From: Lama guanicoe
Lineage: Eukaryota
Assembly: GCA_013239625.1 (NCBI GenBank)
Contig: MU053934.1
Span: 6,342,399-6,406,398, forward strand
Length of the DNA stretch: 64,000 nucleotides
Reading direction: 5' to 3'
The notes under the pieces were generated by a model. The model searched no databases. It was not told the origin of the DNA and saw nothing but the letters and a program-made list of their open reading frames with translations. Of the stretch, positions 51,299-64,000 are shown one piece after another. Position 1 is the stretch's first letter; each line of letters begins with the position of its first letter. Made by a program: the position numbers and the translations under genes.

Positions 51299-54200
51299 GT
51301 GAGTGGTGGGCGGAGGGGGGGAAGTGCGGGGGCGCGCGGGGAGGAAGGGGTTACGGCGGCGCGCGCGGGTGCACGTGCGCCCACCCCTGGCAGCCCGATC
51401 TCGCGCGGGAAGAACCGGCACGCGCGGTCGCCCCGCGGGTCCCCAGCCGTTCCAGGAGCTGAGGGTTTGAGTCCCGTCCGGCCTCTCCGCTCCGGCTGGC
51501 CGTGGGATCTGCTGTGGGGCGCCTCGTGTCCGGAAGTGAAGCGAGGGTCGTGGGGCCAGGAGCGCCGAACCGGGGGCGTCGCGGGTGCCCGGCGGGAGCG
51601 GCCTGGGGGGAGCACGCGACCGCCGCCTCCCTCGCGCGCCTACACGAGCCGCGGGAGGTCCCGCTAGCTCGCCCAGCGGCTCCGCGTCGCACCTGTCACT
51701 CGCCGCGTGGGCGGCTTTGGGATTCCGGGGGTCGGGCCCCCAGGCTTTGCTCCCTAACCCCTGATCTTCCCGGGGTTGACCCACGGCCGAGGCTCCCGGC
51801 GCTTGGGGAAACTTTGGGCAGCGAGCGGCTGCGGAAGCAAGTGGCTGATGAAGCGAGCGGGGTCGGCGGAGTGTGGACGCGTCTTTCTGGGATAGAGATT
51901 TGGGCGCTCCTGCTGTCGCGCTGCAGAGGGAGTTGAGCAGCAGGAATTTTGAGTTGTGGCCCCTCGGGGACAGACTGGGGAGCGGGTGGCCTTTGTTCCG
52001 GCGACCTTAACAGCTGAGAGGAAGAGCTGGTAGGACCCAGGGATCCTCTCTTGCAGTCCTCTCATTTTGTGACCACGGAACCCAAAGTTTGGAGAGTGTC
52101 AGCGACTTGCCCAGGGTCACCCAGCTGGTTACGGAGCATGGTTCCTGGGTCAGTGTTGGTGTCGCTACATCAAGCTTTTACCTGATGCTTGGGGGTGAGG
52201 ATTCCAATAAATAGGTCAGTTGTCATAATAACAGCTCTGAATAATAGTTGGGCTCTTCTGGTATTCCAGGCCCCAGACACTTTTATATTGTTTCACTTAT
52301 TTCTCACTACAATCTCTTGAAGATAGATATTCTCATTGCTCCCATTTTAGAGGTGACTGAGGCCAGGAGATGTTAATTTGTCTAAGGTCACTCACTTTAG
52401 ATTGTCCAGAACCCATACTCTTAATCAGTAACTCAGGTGCATTGTGCTCTTGAGTTTACAAAGTACTTTCATATCCAAGGTCTTAACTACAGGCTTACAG
52501 GCAGGTAGGATAGTTACAATCTATACAGGTAAAGAAACCAAAACAGCAGAAGATTCTTTTCTAGGTGAAGAGAGAAATGGCAGCAGCTAATTGAAAGGGA
52601 TCTGTTTCCCATTTTGCTTCTGTAACATTTCACCCCTTGGCCTGACCTTGTTTTCTGATTTTGGTCATCCGGGCAGTGTGGTAAGACCCTTAAATGAAGC
52701 CCCAGGTCTAACCACAGACTTTTCCACTGAGTGCTGCTAAATACTGAGATGTGTTGATGAAAGAGGGGAGAAAAGTTCTTGAAACTTAACAAGGGCAGCT
52801 AACATGTTTTGAGTACTTATGTGTCAGGCACTGTGTTAAGCACTCATGCATTAATGTTCTTAATCCTTAACAAGTGTCATCAGGTAGAGACTAATTGTTA
52901 TACTACACTCATCCCCTTTTCATAGATCCTGAAACTGAGGCTCCGGTTAGTTCATTCACTTACCCAAGGATAGGTAGCCAGTAAGGAGTGTGTCCAAAGC
53001 TGCCTGCAAACAACCTCACACAACGAAATTCATGTGCATTTTGCATTCGTATTCTAAAATTGATTCCTATTTGTCTTAATTTGTAATGTGTTAAAGTGCC
53101 TAATGGTTAAGTATTAACCTTATCCCCATAGATTTCTGAGTAAAATGTACATTCTAGAAACTACTACAGTGATTCAGTGGCTTCACAGGGGCTCCAATTA
53201 GATTTGGGGAAAAATGGCTCCTTGTCTTCATTGGTCAACAAGTATTCAAGTGCCACCTGTGTTTTCTGAGCTATATGGGGCATGAAAAGGTAGGAAAGAT
53301 AGAATTTTATGGCTTCATGGAGCTCGAGATGAGTAATAAAACCATAGGCCCGAGTATCGAACAGCCCACAATAACAGAGCAGTAAGTAAAAGTCAGCATC
53401 TAGGGAGCTTGGTAAGGTCTGGCTTACCAAGAAGACCATACCAAGGAGATGGCCCTTGACCTGGGCCTTGGAGGAAAGAAGGGTTGGGCAGGCTGAAGGC
53501 TCATGTTTTACAGATACAAATATCCCTGAATATTTCCTCATCCATCCATCCCCTCTCCAGAATGTCAGCCCCTCAGGGCAGAGCCTTCATTTTGTTTCTG
53601 TCATCTAGAACTAAATATTTCTGGAATGCCCAAATGAATCCAGGGACCTTGAGCCAGGCAGGATTCTAAGTACTTCTAGACCCAGCCCTTGGTGTTGAGT
53701 TGGATCAGGGTTGGCCAGCCCAGATGACTGGCCTAGAAAGGAGCCATTTGGGTGAGGAAGAAGAGACTCTGTGGATTTGAATACATATGCTTCCTTTGTA
53801 AGTGTGGTGGGGGAGAGAGGGTACTTGCAACCTAGAGAGCTCTAGGAGGTAGCCGTCTGGGTATGAGATGATGATACCGAGAGGGTGACAGGATGGGAAT
53901 AGGAAGTGGCATTGTGCAAGATGCTGGACATGACAGGAAAGGGCCTCATTGAAAGCTTGGCCCTGAAGGCAGAGCAGAGGTGGAGTTTTAAGATTCCATT
54001 AAATCTTTGATCCTGGGAGGGTTCAGAAGCCAGCCGGAAGAGCTGGTTTGGGGGCAGTGATAAAAATTTGTCTTAAAAGGGCTGAAATTGAGGTGCCAGT
54101 AGGAAATGGGAGGCAGATACTCTGGAGAAGGTCAAAACTGGGGTTGGAGATTGAGGCATAGTCACCCATGTTGATGAATTGAGGATAGAGGTGAGAGAGG

Positions 54201-54499
54201 AGGATAGAACCAAAGGTCAGATCAGGTGAAGGAAGTATAATAAACTAGGGGAGATGAGCACCTTGGAAACGAGGAGCAGTTAGTGGATGATGGAGGCAGT
54301 GCGCAGAGGACAGCAGGGATGACAAGGTCATGAAAGGAGTCATGGGATTCAGCAGTTAGGAGGCCCACCTTTGACAGAGCAGTTGGATGAAGCCATCCAA
54401 GGCTAGATAACCCAGAAGGAAGTTGACAGTAGTGGGTGGGGGGCACGTAGAGGCAGCTGTTCTCTTTGTAGAAGGTCGAAGACACTTTGCAGCGAGCTG

Positions 54500-54770
54500 A
54501 TTTAGTTTCTGTCTTTACGGATTTGCCTGTTCGGGATATTTCATATAAATGGAATCATACACTGTGTGGCTTTCTCCACTTAGCATAATGCTGAAGTTCA
54601 CCCAGGTTGCAGCACAGTGTTCCCTTATGTGGATACACCATGTTTTGTTTGCCATTCATCAGTTGTTGGACCTTTAGGTTGTTTCCGCTTTCTGGCTTTT
54701 ATAAATGAAGCTGCTATGAAAATTTGTGTACAGATTTTTCTATGGATATGTGTTTTCTTTACTCTTTGGT
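54500..54770 (-). mobile_element. Old L1M 3' fragment
   Basis: Motifs atttcatataaatggaatcatac and cattcatcagttg. Confidence 0.65.
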
Positions 54771-56233
54771 AGATCCTCTACATTTTTGTTGCTGTTTGTT
54801 TTTTTCCTAGGGCTTATAAAAGCCCCATTTATTCAGTTATTTACTTTCCATGTTCCTGTAACTAAATCAGCCCTAAATCTTGTGACAAACTCAGTATGGT
54901 GGTCAGTTCCTTTTATCCCCCTTGTTGATGTCTGTTCTGGAGCTTTCCCTCTTTTTGCCCCATCTTACGGTTGTCCAGGTCTGCTGTTCACCACTTATCC
55001 TGGGACTGCCCTTAACCGTCACCCCGGGCGGTGATGTTGAAGCCCCTGTTCCCTAGTTCTTGTTTTTTTCACTCCCTTGTTTTGATGGAGCACATCCTCC
55101 AGTAGCTTCCTAAGAAAGTACCTTGAAAGTGAGTTTAGGGAAGGGCCTTTCCTCTCTGAAAACATCTTTATTCTAACCTCTCCAATTTGCTAGTTTGGGT
55201 GAGTTTAGAATTTTAGGCTGCACATGATTTTATATCAGAATTTTGAAGGCACTGCCTAGTTGTTTTCTAGCTTCTACTGTTTGAGAAATCTGATACCATT
55301 CTGATTCTTCACCCTCTGTGTGTGACATACTTTCTCTGGAAGCTTGTGGGATCTTGTCTTTATCCTTGGTGCTCTGAGTTCCATGATGATGTACACTAAT
55401 GTAACCAAGCTGTCAGCACTGTCCTTGCTTGGTGGGCTCTGAAGGGCTTACGAAGTCAGATACCTGCATTCATGTGGTCCTCTTGCTGGTAGCCCATCCC
55501 ACACCCTAGTCTTGGGCCTCTGCTGGCTTCTCCCAGCAGTCAGTTCCATCTTTGGCAGAGTCCTTTGACAGTACCTGGCTCTGTAAAGGTGTCTAATAAG
55601 GAAAGGAAAATTCAGAGTGTTGGGTGGGCCCCTGGCCTGGGTGTCCACATCACTGGGAAGGTTGGAGTGGTCAATCCGGTATTGGGGAGGGTGTGGCCAG
55701 CACAACACTGGGGAAGGGAGGTGAGTAGGAGGGGTGGAAACTGACTTCATGTTTCTCCAGTGAGTCATACTTCGGAAAAACTGTTCAGTGAGGTTAAGCA
55801 TAGGTCTACTTTTTACCTCTGTGATACTTAAAAGCTTTGTCTTGACACTTGAATATATATCACTGTCACTAATGTTTGGGTTGAAAGAGCTGCTGTTGCT
55901 CTTAGCTTATTTATTTTCTACCAGTTTTTAGCTCCTGACCTCACCCAGTTCTGTTTCCCAGGACCCATCTGGAGTTGCTGAGACCACTGAGTCAGTCTCC
56001 TTGGGTTTCTCCTCCTTCCTGGGTCTTTTGCCCTCGCCCTTGACAAATGTTGCATTCACGCTCAGGCCTTTGGCCCAGTGTTCTTGAGTGCTGCCTATCT
56101 TTCACTGAACAGTCTTTTCTGTCATAATCATACTCAGCTGATGTCTTGGCATTTTTTTTAAAAAGTATATTTTTGCTTATATCTCAACTAGGTCTTTTTT
56201 TGCTCAACTTTGTAATTTTAAAAAGGATTTCTT

Positions 56234-56387
56234 GAGGGGAGGGTATAGCTCAGTGAAGGTCATGGGTTCAATCCCTAGTACCTCCATTTAAATAAATAAA
56301 TAAGCCTAATTATCTCCTCCCCCACCCCCTAAAGAATAAAATAAAATAGTTGCTTAGTAAACATTAAACACATACAAACAAAGGGAA
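56234..56387 (+). mobile_element. Vic-1-like SINE with an internal deletion
   Basis: ggggagggtatagctcagtg joins directly to aaggtcatgggttcaatcc. Imperfect TSD aaaaggatttctt / aagggaattctt. Confidence 0.8.
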
Positions 56388-56805
56388 AAAAAGGGAATTC
56401 TTAAGCAACTTTATCAGATAGCATTTCTTGAATATCAGATTCTCTCTCCTGCTGGATTCTTGTCTGAACTTTATTAATGCGCACACAGATTGTTACATCT
56501 TCACTTACAGGCTGCTGTATGTTGAAAGTGGAGAAGGAATTGCCATGTAATCCAGTGTAATCCGTCTGTGGAGGGAAACACCTATCCACCTCCCTGTGGA
56601 ACATTTGCATCATTTGCAGTTTTTCATTAGCATGAGTACTGTTGCCCTGAACTCAGATGAGCAAGTCATTTTGGAGTTAGTTCATTGGTACATTGTTTCC
56701 CAAAGAGGACTCTTCAAGTGAAGAGCTGGGTGACAGCTTTTACACACTGCCAACTATAGCCTTTCATTTTTAAGACTTTTCCTGTGCTATAAATTACTGT
56801 AAGGT

Positions 56806-56936
56806 GGGGGAGGGTATAGCTCAAGCGGTAGAGTGCATGCTTAGCAAGCGCAAGGTCCTGGGTTCAATCCCCGGTACCTCCTCTAAAAATAAATAAATAA
56901 ATAACACCTAATTACATCCTCCCGCCAGAAAAAAAA
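56806..56936 (+). mobile_element. Near-intact tRNA-Ala(AGC)-derived SINE (Vic-1-like)
   Basis: A box TAGCTCAAGCGG, B box GGTTCAATCC, (AAAT)n plus poly(A) tail. TSD aaattactgt at 56791-56800 and 56937-56946. Confidence 0.9.
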
Positions 56937-59900
56937 AAATTACTGTGGTGATTGGGACTACTTGGAAAATATTTTAATTTTTTCAAAAATGTAATACATG
57001 CATATGACAGAATGAGAAATATAAAAAGATGTTGTGAAATGTCTTGCCCCAGCCCTGTCACTATCTGCTTAGGGCCCACAATCTCCAAGTTATTCATTTT
57101 TTCATTTCTTTCACCTCCTTCAAAACTTACTTAATGCAAATAGAAGGAAATAACAAGTATGATTTTCACCTTTGCTTTTCATTTTATTTTTCACAAATAG
57201 CTAACGTGCTGTCAGCTTTGTTTTTCTGCAGCTTACCCTTTTTTTCACTTAACAATGTATGTTAGAGAGCTCTCCAGTCCCCCTTTTCACTGCTGCATGT
57301 TTTTTCATTGCATGGATGCTCTAATTCATTCATTCACTCCCTTTTTGATGGACATTTAACGATATTTCCAGTCTTATTATTAAAAGCATGCTGTGGTAAA
57401 TAGCTTTGTAAATTCCTCATTTCACACCTGTGCAGAATGCCCAGAAGTGGGGTTGCTGGGTCAGAGTGGGGATGTGGTATCTCCACTGTCAATGCTGCAA
57501 GAATCAAATGAGAGAAAACATAAAAGAAAGGGGCAGGAACTAACATTCTCTTCTGGCTCATTGTGCACTTGCAGTTGTAACAGATCCAGTCAAACTGCTG
57601 TCCCCAGTGGATGTGGCAGTTGCTCCCCCACCAGTGTGGAGGAGAGGGTCTGTCCCCCCAGCTCCCAGCCAGAGTCTGGAACTCTAGTCCTTTTATTCTG
57701 CCCGTCTCTGCTGCATGTCTGCCAGCTTAGAGCTGGCGCCACCGCAGCCCCCCAGCGTTGCACGTAGACAGACCCCTCTGTCCTGGCCTCCCACTTCCTC
57801 ATTTGACTTTTCTGTACTTGCGACCACTGGAGGTTTTGAAATCACACTGTTGGCAGCCCCTGCTATGTGCCCAGCACCGTGTCAGGTTAGACCTGCAGTT
57901 GAGACCCTGATGGAGGGCCTGTTTTGGGCTGGGCTCTGGGTACAGCATGAGCAGGGTAAGCAGGGTTCCCGCCCTCATGTGGTGTTTGTGGTCCTTTACC
58001 TACATTGTCTCATCATTCACTTTTGCTTTTAATTCTTTCTCCAATTCCACGAAATGTTACAGATGAAGAAACTGAGGCCCAGACCACGCAACTAGTAAGT
58101 CATAGAATGGTGACCTCAAACCATACGAGTCCAGCTCCAAAACCCATGTACTTTTCCTCTACCTCATGCCAAATCCCTGTCTGATGTAAGTGGTCTTCAG
58201 GGTTGTGAACACCAGGTGGGGTGGTGGGCTGAGGCTAGAGAGAACCAGGATCCTCTGCTCAGTCCACATGTATTTATCAAAAATGATCTGCTCCAGGCTG
58301 AGCACTTAAAGCGGTTTCCCCTGGGTCCCACAGCACTTCTCTGAGCCTTAGTTTCTGCTGCAAGGTGGGGCTGGGGGATGTCTACACCACAAGTGCTGTA
58401 AGATTTGAGTGAGCTGAAACATGATAACATTCTCCTTGGCTATCTGAGAATAAATGAGGAACTACAAGTTGCAGGTTGACTCTTAGGACCAAGGGGCCTT
58501 TTTTAGAATACAGTTTTAGAATGTTTATTTTCTCCTTTTGAAAGGGCTTTTGTAGGTATGGGGGGCTGGTACACAAAGGAGTAGTCACAGAGTACAGGGT
58601 AAAGTGTTCCATTTTGGGACCACAAGACTCAAGGGTTAAACTTTGTTGACATGATGGAATTTTTTAATGAGTAGAGGATCCCAGAGCCTGGGCCGCAGAG
58701 TAAGGCTCTCTGGGGAACCTCTGTTTAGAAACTAATCCTAAACCATTGAAGGGCTTGGAAACTGGAAAACAGAGCTCTTTCTGCATCTCTCTGGCCTTCG
58801 GAATTGCTAATGAATACATGTCTGAATGAATCTTATCATCTGGCTTCTGTGTCTTGTCCTGTGAAACTGGTCTGTTGGGTTCGGGGTTTAGTTTGGAAAA
58901 GTGATGAAATTCTGGCTGCTGAACCAGATGTGGAACTACCTTATTAAACCAGCGTCTGCTTCTCTCAGGCCCTCACCATCCATAGCAACAAGTGGAGGTA
59001 ATGCTTCTTCTAAGTGTGAACATTCCTGTGAGGCCTTAGATTTGTACAGGTCCTTCTGATAACACTGTCATCCTAACAGCGTTGTGGGATAGGTGCTTGA
59101 TTTTTATTCTCATTTTGCAGATGGAAACATGGAGACATAGAGGAAAAAAATGGTTTGCCTGAAGTTTCCCATGCTGATACAGTGGCGTCAAGAGCTGAAC
59201 TTGGGCCCCTAACGTCGGCTCCCGCGCTCTTCCCCACCCTGTGGGAATGAGGTGGGAGATGCTCTGACTCGGGGAGCCTGTCTCGGAGCCCCTGTTCTGG
59301 TCAGAAGTTGTTTTTCAATTTTTAATTTAATTTTTAAAACGTGTTCATTCCAGTTCAGCGAGAGTGAGTATCCAGTGTATTCTCAGCACAGTGCTAGACT
59401 CCAGGGTATTAGAGATGAATGAAACAACCTCAAGCTTCAGGGAGCTGCCATCTGAGCAAGCAGGCAGAATACAGCAGAGGAACAAACTCCAAGTTTTTGG
59501 AGCACTACGGAAGGCAAGCAGGAATATTCTCATGGCTTCTGAGCTGAGTTGTGAAGGGTGAGTGAACAGAATGTTAGAAAGAAGAATTTAGAAAGGCAAG
59601 GTATTCATTTTAATAGAATTGAACCAAAGTTGGAAATAATTTGGCCTGTTCTGGAATTACATGAGTCACTGGGCAGAGTACAGTGTAGGACAGAGGTTCT
59701 GGAGCTTGACTGTACCTCAGAGTCCATCAGGGTACACCCCCAAAGATCCAAATTGGAAATAGAGTCTAGGAGGGGCACCTAACTACTGCGGGAGGCAGAA
59801 TCGGTGTCCAGGCTGGGCAAACAGCTGTTTTGAAAGCCTTGCCCACTGTGCTCAGGTGTCGGGGTAATTTGCAGGCTACACTCTTGATAACTTGTTATCT

Positions 59901-61329
59901 TTCTCAGACACAATTTGGATCAAGTCTCTCTCCTGCTTCTGTGTGTTCTGTATCAGTCAGGAGTTTGGTGATAAGCAGCAGAAACTGCCCCTGGCTAGCT
60001 TGAACAGAAAATGAGGTTGTTGAAAGGATGGTGCACAGACTGATCAGAAAAGCTGGAGAGCCAGACTTGGAAAATGGGCCAGAGCCAAGGGAGGCTCAGC
60101 AGCAGAGCTCAGCTAAGGGTAACCCAGAGCGATCTGTTCAGGAGGTGATCTCTGCCTTGTCCCTGCTTCCTGGGGTCATTCCTGCAAGAGTCACGTTCCT
60201 GGTGGGAGCATGCATTCATCAGAGCTGTCTGGCAGGAAGCCTTACCACCAAGACCACCTGGTGGGAGTTCACCAAAAGGAAGATCAGGGTGCTGATGGGC
60301 GGGTCAGTCGAATGATGACAGACAAAACCGAAGTGGCAGATGTCCACTAAATTTTCCAGGCCATGGCGGTGTGGTGCCAATAAGGCCTTTCACAACTTAA
60401 CTGTAAGCGACTCCGTCTCTCCACTCTGTTCCATGTGCTCTCCACTGCAGCGACTACAGGACATTTCCTGGTGCCCTGGCTTTGCTTAGACTGCCTCCTT
60501 TGCCTGCAATACCCATCCTTCTTCTAACTCATAAAACTCTCTTCCTTCTAGGCTCAGTTTTCACTGCCTGCCAGGATGGAGCAGTCCTTTCTCTGCCCTC
60601 TGACAGCCCTTTCTTTGTGAGGCACTTGTCTGTTCTCTCCCTTGTCACAGTTTATGGAGTTGGCTGGGCTTCTCTGTCTTCCCTGGGAGGTGGGAAGAGA
60701 ACCATCGCTTTGGAGCCCTTGCTCTATGCTGGGTCCTGTGCAGGGCACTCAGGGTCCTGCAGCTTCCGGCACCACGGTACACAGCGTGTGCATATGCTGG
60801 GTGGCTGTTTGTAGCATGGTTTAATAACTGGCTTTTATTTTTGTCCATAGTCTTAGAGAGATTTGGGGTGTGGTAATGAATGGAAGGGGAGGTTGCTGGG
60901 CCTTTGGGATCTTTCAGTTTTGCCTGGATGCCTTAAGGATTGAAAAAGGTTGAGGTCCCTGCTCTGGAGACTGCCCCCAGGAGGAGGACAGTTGGGGTGA
61001 GGTGGCTTGTGCCTGACTTGTCAACACTCAGTCACCTGGTGTTGTGCAGCTTGAGGCTCTCAAATCACAGAGCAGAATTGTGCAGGAACAATCCTTGGAG
61101 ACTTACTCTCTGTGTGTTGCTCCACTTGTAGTCTCTTGTTCCAGGGGAGGGAGAGAACAGTGTGATGCAGGGCAGGAGCAGGGAGATACAGGAGCGCCTG
61201 GGATGACACGCCTTCCCTTCCTGAGCTGGACGTGTTCCCTCTCATTTGAGAACGAGGCTCTTACTGAGCATCTGCCTAATGCCAGGCTCTGTTTGGTGAC
61301 ATCCATGCAATAATAGAAACAAAGCATCT

Positions 61330-61555
61330 GTACAGTGTGGTGGCTCAGAGCTTGAATTTAAATCCTAGCTCCACCACCTGCTGACTGGGCGTTGTTGGAT
61401 AAGTTACTTAACCTCTCTGTGCCTCATTTTCCTTATGCGTGAGGTAGAGGTGATAATGACACCCAGCTCAAAGTGTTGTGGCGATTAAATGATGAATTCG
61501 CTGCAAAGTGCTTAACGTAATTGTTGACACGTAGTAAAAGCTCAGTAAATGTTTA
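61330..61555 (+). mobile_element. MIR SINE (one of many MIR fragments in the window)
   Basis: MIR core aaatcctagctccaccac...aagttacttaacctctctgtgcctcattttcc. Confidence 0.75.
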
Positions 61556-63891
61556 CAATACTGTACTATTTTTATTATTACTACTATTAATTGGCTTTTT
61601 TCTTCTTAATTGTTCTCAAAGTCTATTCTTGACCTCTTTCTAAGAGCAAGCATTTAAAAATAATAAATGGAATAAGATGGACAGCCTTCTAAACATGGGG
61701 GTGACAACAGATCTGGTTCCTCTACTTTAGTATTGGGTAAGGGCTGGAGGTCTGAGTTCCAGCTGGAGCACAGGGTGGGTGTGGGGTGGGGCTCTCACAA
61801 AAGTGGGGACTCTAGGTGTGGCAGCATTCTAGAGCTCAGTCACTGTGAGGTGGGGCAGCCCTAGGAGTCAGGGGGATGGGGGATTCCTGAGAGGAAGCCC
61901 CCCCAGTGTGGTTGTTGGGGTGACTTCTGGAGCAGGGTGCTTCGAAAAGAGCACGGGGCCAGGGTTGGGGTGGAGGGGACTCCTACCTCAGTCTGCTGCT
62001 CACGGACTCACCCTGCCTAAGACTACGTGCAGGTCACCCCCTCTTTGGACTTGGACTTGTTTCTTCCTGTGTAACAGTTACCACCGCCACCACTTTAAAG
62101 CACTTCTGTGCCAGGCATTGTTCTAAGTGCTGTGCACATAATAACTCATTCAAAAGAGTGCTTGAATTAGCACTCACAGGGTGATTCGAGCTGTGTACCT
62201 GAAGTGTGGATGTGCTAACAAGGTATTAAAAGCAGAAACAATGGGTGACAACACTAATGAGCTCTTTTCCAGCTTAAAAAAAAATCACATTTAAATTCTG
62301 TCTATATACACACATATACTCATACACACACTTGAGAGAAATTGCAGTAAAAATCAACAACAAAAGCTTTTTAAGCAACATATTCCAACAAGTTCCTCTT
62401 GCATCGTGCACCTTTTTTCATCCTAACATTCAGCACCTGGCCCTGGCAGGTGTTTGCACAGGGTTTCTCTGCCAGAACATGTGCTTCTTGAAGGCGTTCA
62501 GTTCTGTATCTGGCACACAGTAGGCTCGGCTGTTTGTTGAATGCACATCCTAAGGGATGTGTCTGTTTTGGTCTGTCTTTACTTGAAAAAAGAGAGATGC
62601 TGTTTAAGAAAGGAGCATCTTTTCAAGGCACAAGTTCTCATTTGGAGAATAATTTATTAATTTGAGAGGAAGTTATACTTGTGAAATACAGCCAGGCAAA
62701 AATCTCTCTCCCCTACTCCCCCGTGAGTGAGTTTCATGCGTGTTACCCTGAGATGAATCTTCTTCCATTAGCATTGAACTTAATATCCGAGGTAATGAGA
62801 TGGATTACATAAGTGCCCCCTCCACACACACCTAGGTTCTCCTCACTTTACTGTCACTGGAGATCTGTCTTGCATCTTTCCTCCAAGTTGTGATGAGAGT
62901 AAATGTAAAATCCAAGCAGTGTTTGTTTTGTAGGGGAAATAGCGTGCATGGAGGAGAGACTCAGAAACTAAATACAGATATAAATTCAAATCTGAGCTCA
63001 GCCACTTTGTAGCTTATGTGGGGGGCTTGGGCAAGTAAGTTTCTGAACCTTATTTTCCTCTCTTATAAAGTAGGATAATAATACTAGCCTGGGCTTATGT
63101 AAAGTACTAAGTAGGTGTTAGTAGTACCCATTATGTTGTCCACATAGAATCAATATGAAATGGATTTAATTTCAGTCATAATCATCTCTGTACATTTAAA
63201 TAAAATGTAAATATGATTTCTAATTAGAAAATACGTTTATTAGCTTTGTCACTGAGCTGTTTTTGCTTTTAAACATCAATAGTATGACTGTTGGCTTCTA
63301 TTCAAAGGTTAAATTGGAATCCAACCTGGAGAGATCTCTTTTTCAAGTTATGTTAAAAAAAAAACTATGAAAGAATCAAATATCAAATACATTTTATTAT
63401 GTGCTGGACATATTCCTATATATTAATATATGTCCATCAGAGTTTGGATTATTCCCGTATTTATAAGTAAAAAATCTGAGTTTCAGGGAGATTAATTAAC
63501 TTTCCAAAGGCAGCACAGCAATTATGTTACTAGATTCACAGCCTGGCCTTGCTGGTTCCACAGCCAGTTCTCTCTTTTTTTTTTTTTTAAATTTAAAGTT
63601 GAGAATCCTCATTCTGTTTGGCCTTCCAGTTAGTTCTTGGTGTAACTTTTTGAGATTCTGCTTTTCTCCTTTAATATGATTCTTTGCCACACTTCCCTCA
63701 CACAGTCCCTAAGAGGTGGCCTGTTTGCTAGTGTTGATGATTTTTTAGAGCCTCATACATAACCAGGACTTTTCTTTAATCAGTTTTCAGAAGAATCTCT
63801 TCATCAGTTGAAGAAGTTTTTGTTTCAGCTATTTTGATGTTCTCCTCTCAAGTGAGAATTTAGCCCTAAGTTTTTGCTTGGAATGATTTCC

Positions 63892-64000
63892 TTTTTTTTA
63901 AATTGAAGTATAGTTGATTTACAGTGTTGTTAGTTTCAGGTATATAGCAAAGTGATTTAGTTATAAATGCATATATATATATTCTTTTTCAGATTCTTTT
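63892..64000 (-). mobile_element. L1 3' tail, runs out of the window
   Basis: Poly-T followed by attgaagtatagttgatttaca...tttcaggtatatagcaaagtgatt. Confidence 0.75.

Larger units (their letters stand above)
50430..52010 (+). promoter_or_regulatory. SREBF2: SREBF2 CpG-island promoter
   Basis: CpG-dense. CRE-like TGACGTAA at 50676-50683, octamer ATGCAAAT at 50892-50899, inverted CCAAT at 50953-50957, GC boxes at 51008-51060, YY1-like AAACATGGCGGC at 51074-51085. Confidence 0.92.

Noticed and set aside
50438..52065. Many long overlapping ORFs on both strands (up to 175 aa)
   Set aside because: Expected stop-codon depletion in a GC-rich CpG island. The products are low-complexity Arg/Pro/Gly/Ala, and only 51211-51298 is recognisable.
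56806..56882. Possible tRNA-Ala gene
   Set aside because: It has a SINE tail, poly(A) and TSD, mismatched stems and no oligo-T terminator.
58969..58997. 29-nt candidate poison exon in SREBF2 intron 1 (tctctcag...gag|gtaatg, in-frame TAG)
   Set aside because: Short pyrimidine tract with a nearby upstream AG. Such pseudo-exons are expected by chance in a long intron.
59886..59899. Inverted GATA pair GATAACttGTTATC
   Set aside because: A single short palindrome with no other support.
51299..64000. miR-33a hairpin
   Set aside because: It is known to lie in a distal SREBF2 intron, and I did not see the mature sequence in this part of intron 1.

Overview
Mammalian genomic DNA, probably from a camelid, since it carries several tRNA-Ala-derived SINEs resembling Vic-1. 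The gene order matches human 22q13.2, and all three genes lie on the + strand. (1) The last 16 coding exons of MEI1 (1-32512) splice into one open frame of 673 codons plus stop. (2) The complete CCDC134 gene has a CpG-island promoter at ~33.45-34.07 kb and six coding exons totalling 690 nt (229 aa, signal peptide, C-terminal QSEL). (3) SREBF2 is represented by its promoter (SRE-1, inverted CCAAT, GC boxes), exon 1 and the start of intron 1. The introns are rich in L1, L2 and MIR fragments, SINEs, LTRs, MER20 and a decayed ERVL provirus. I found no new protein-coding gene. The most interesting signals are at the RNA-processing level: a canonical U12 intron in CCDC134, a U12-type donor with a degenerate branch site in the terminal MEI1 intron 3.7 kb upstream, a candidate in-frame 27-nt microexon in MEI1, and two strong-context uORFs ahead of the SREBF2 start codon. 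Gene and repeat identities come from recalled sequences, not database searches, and repeat boundaries are approximate.
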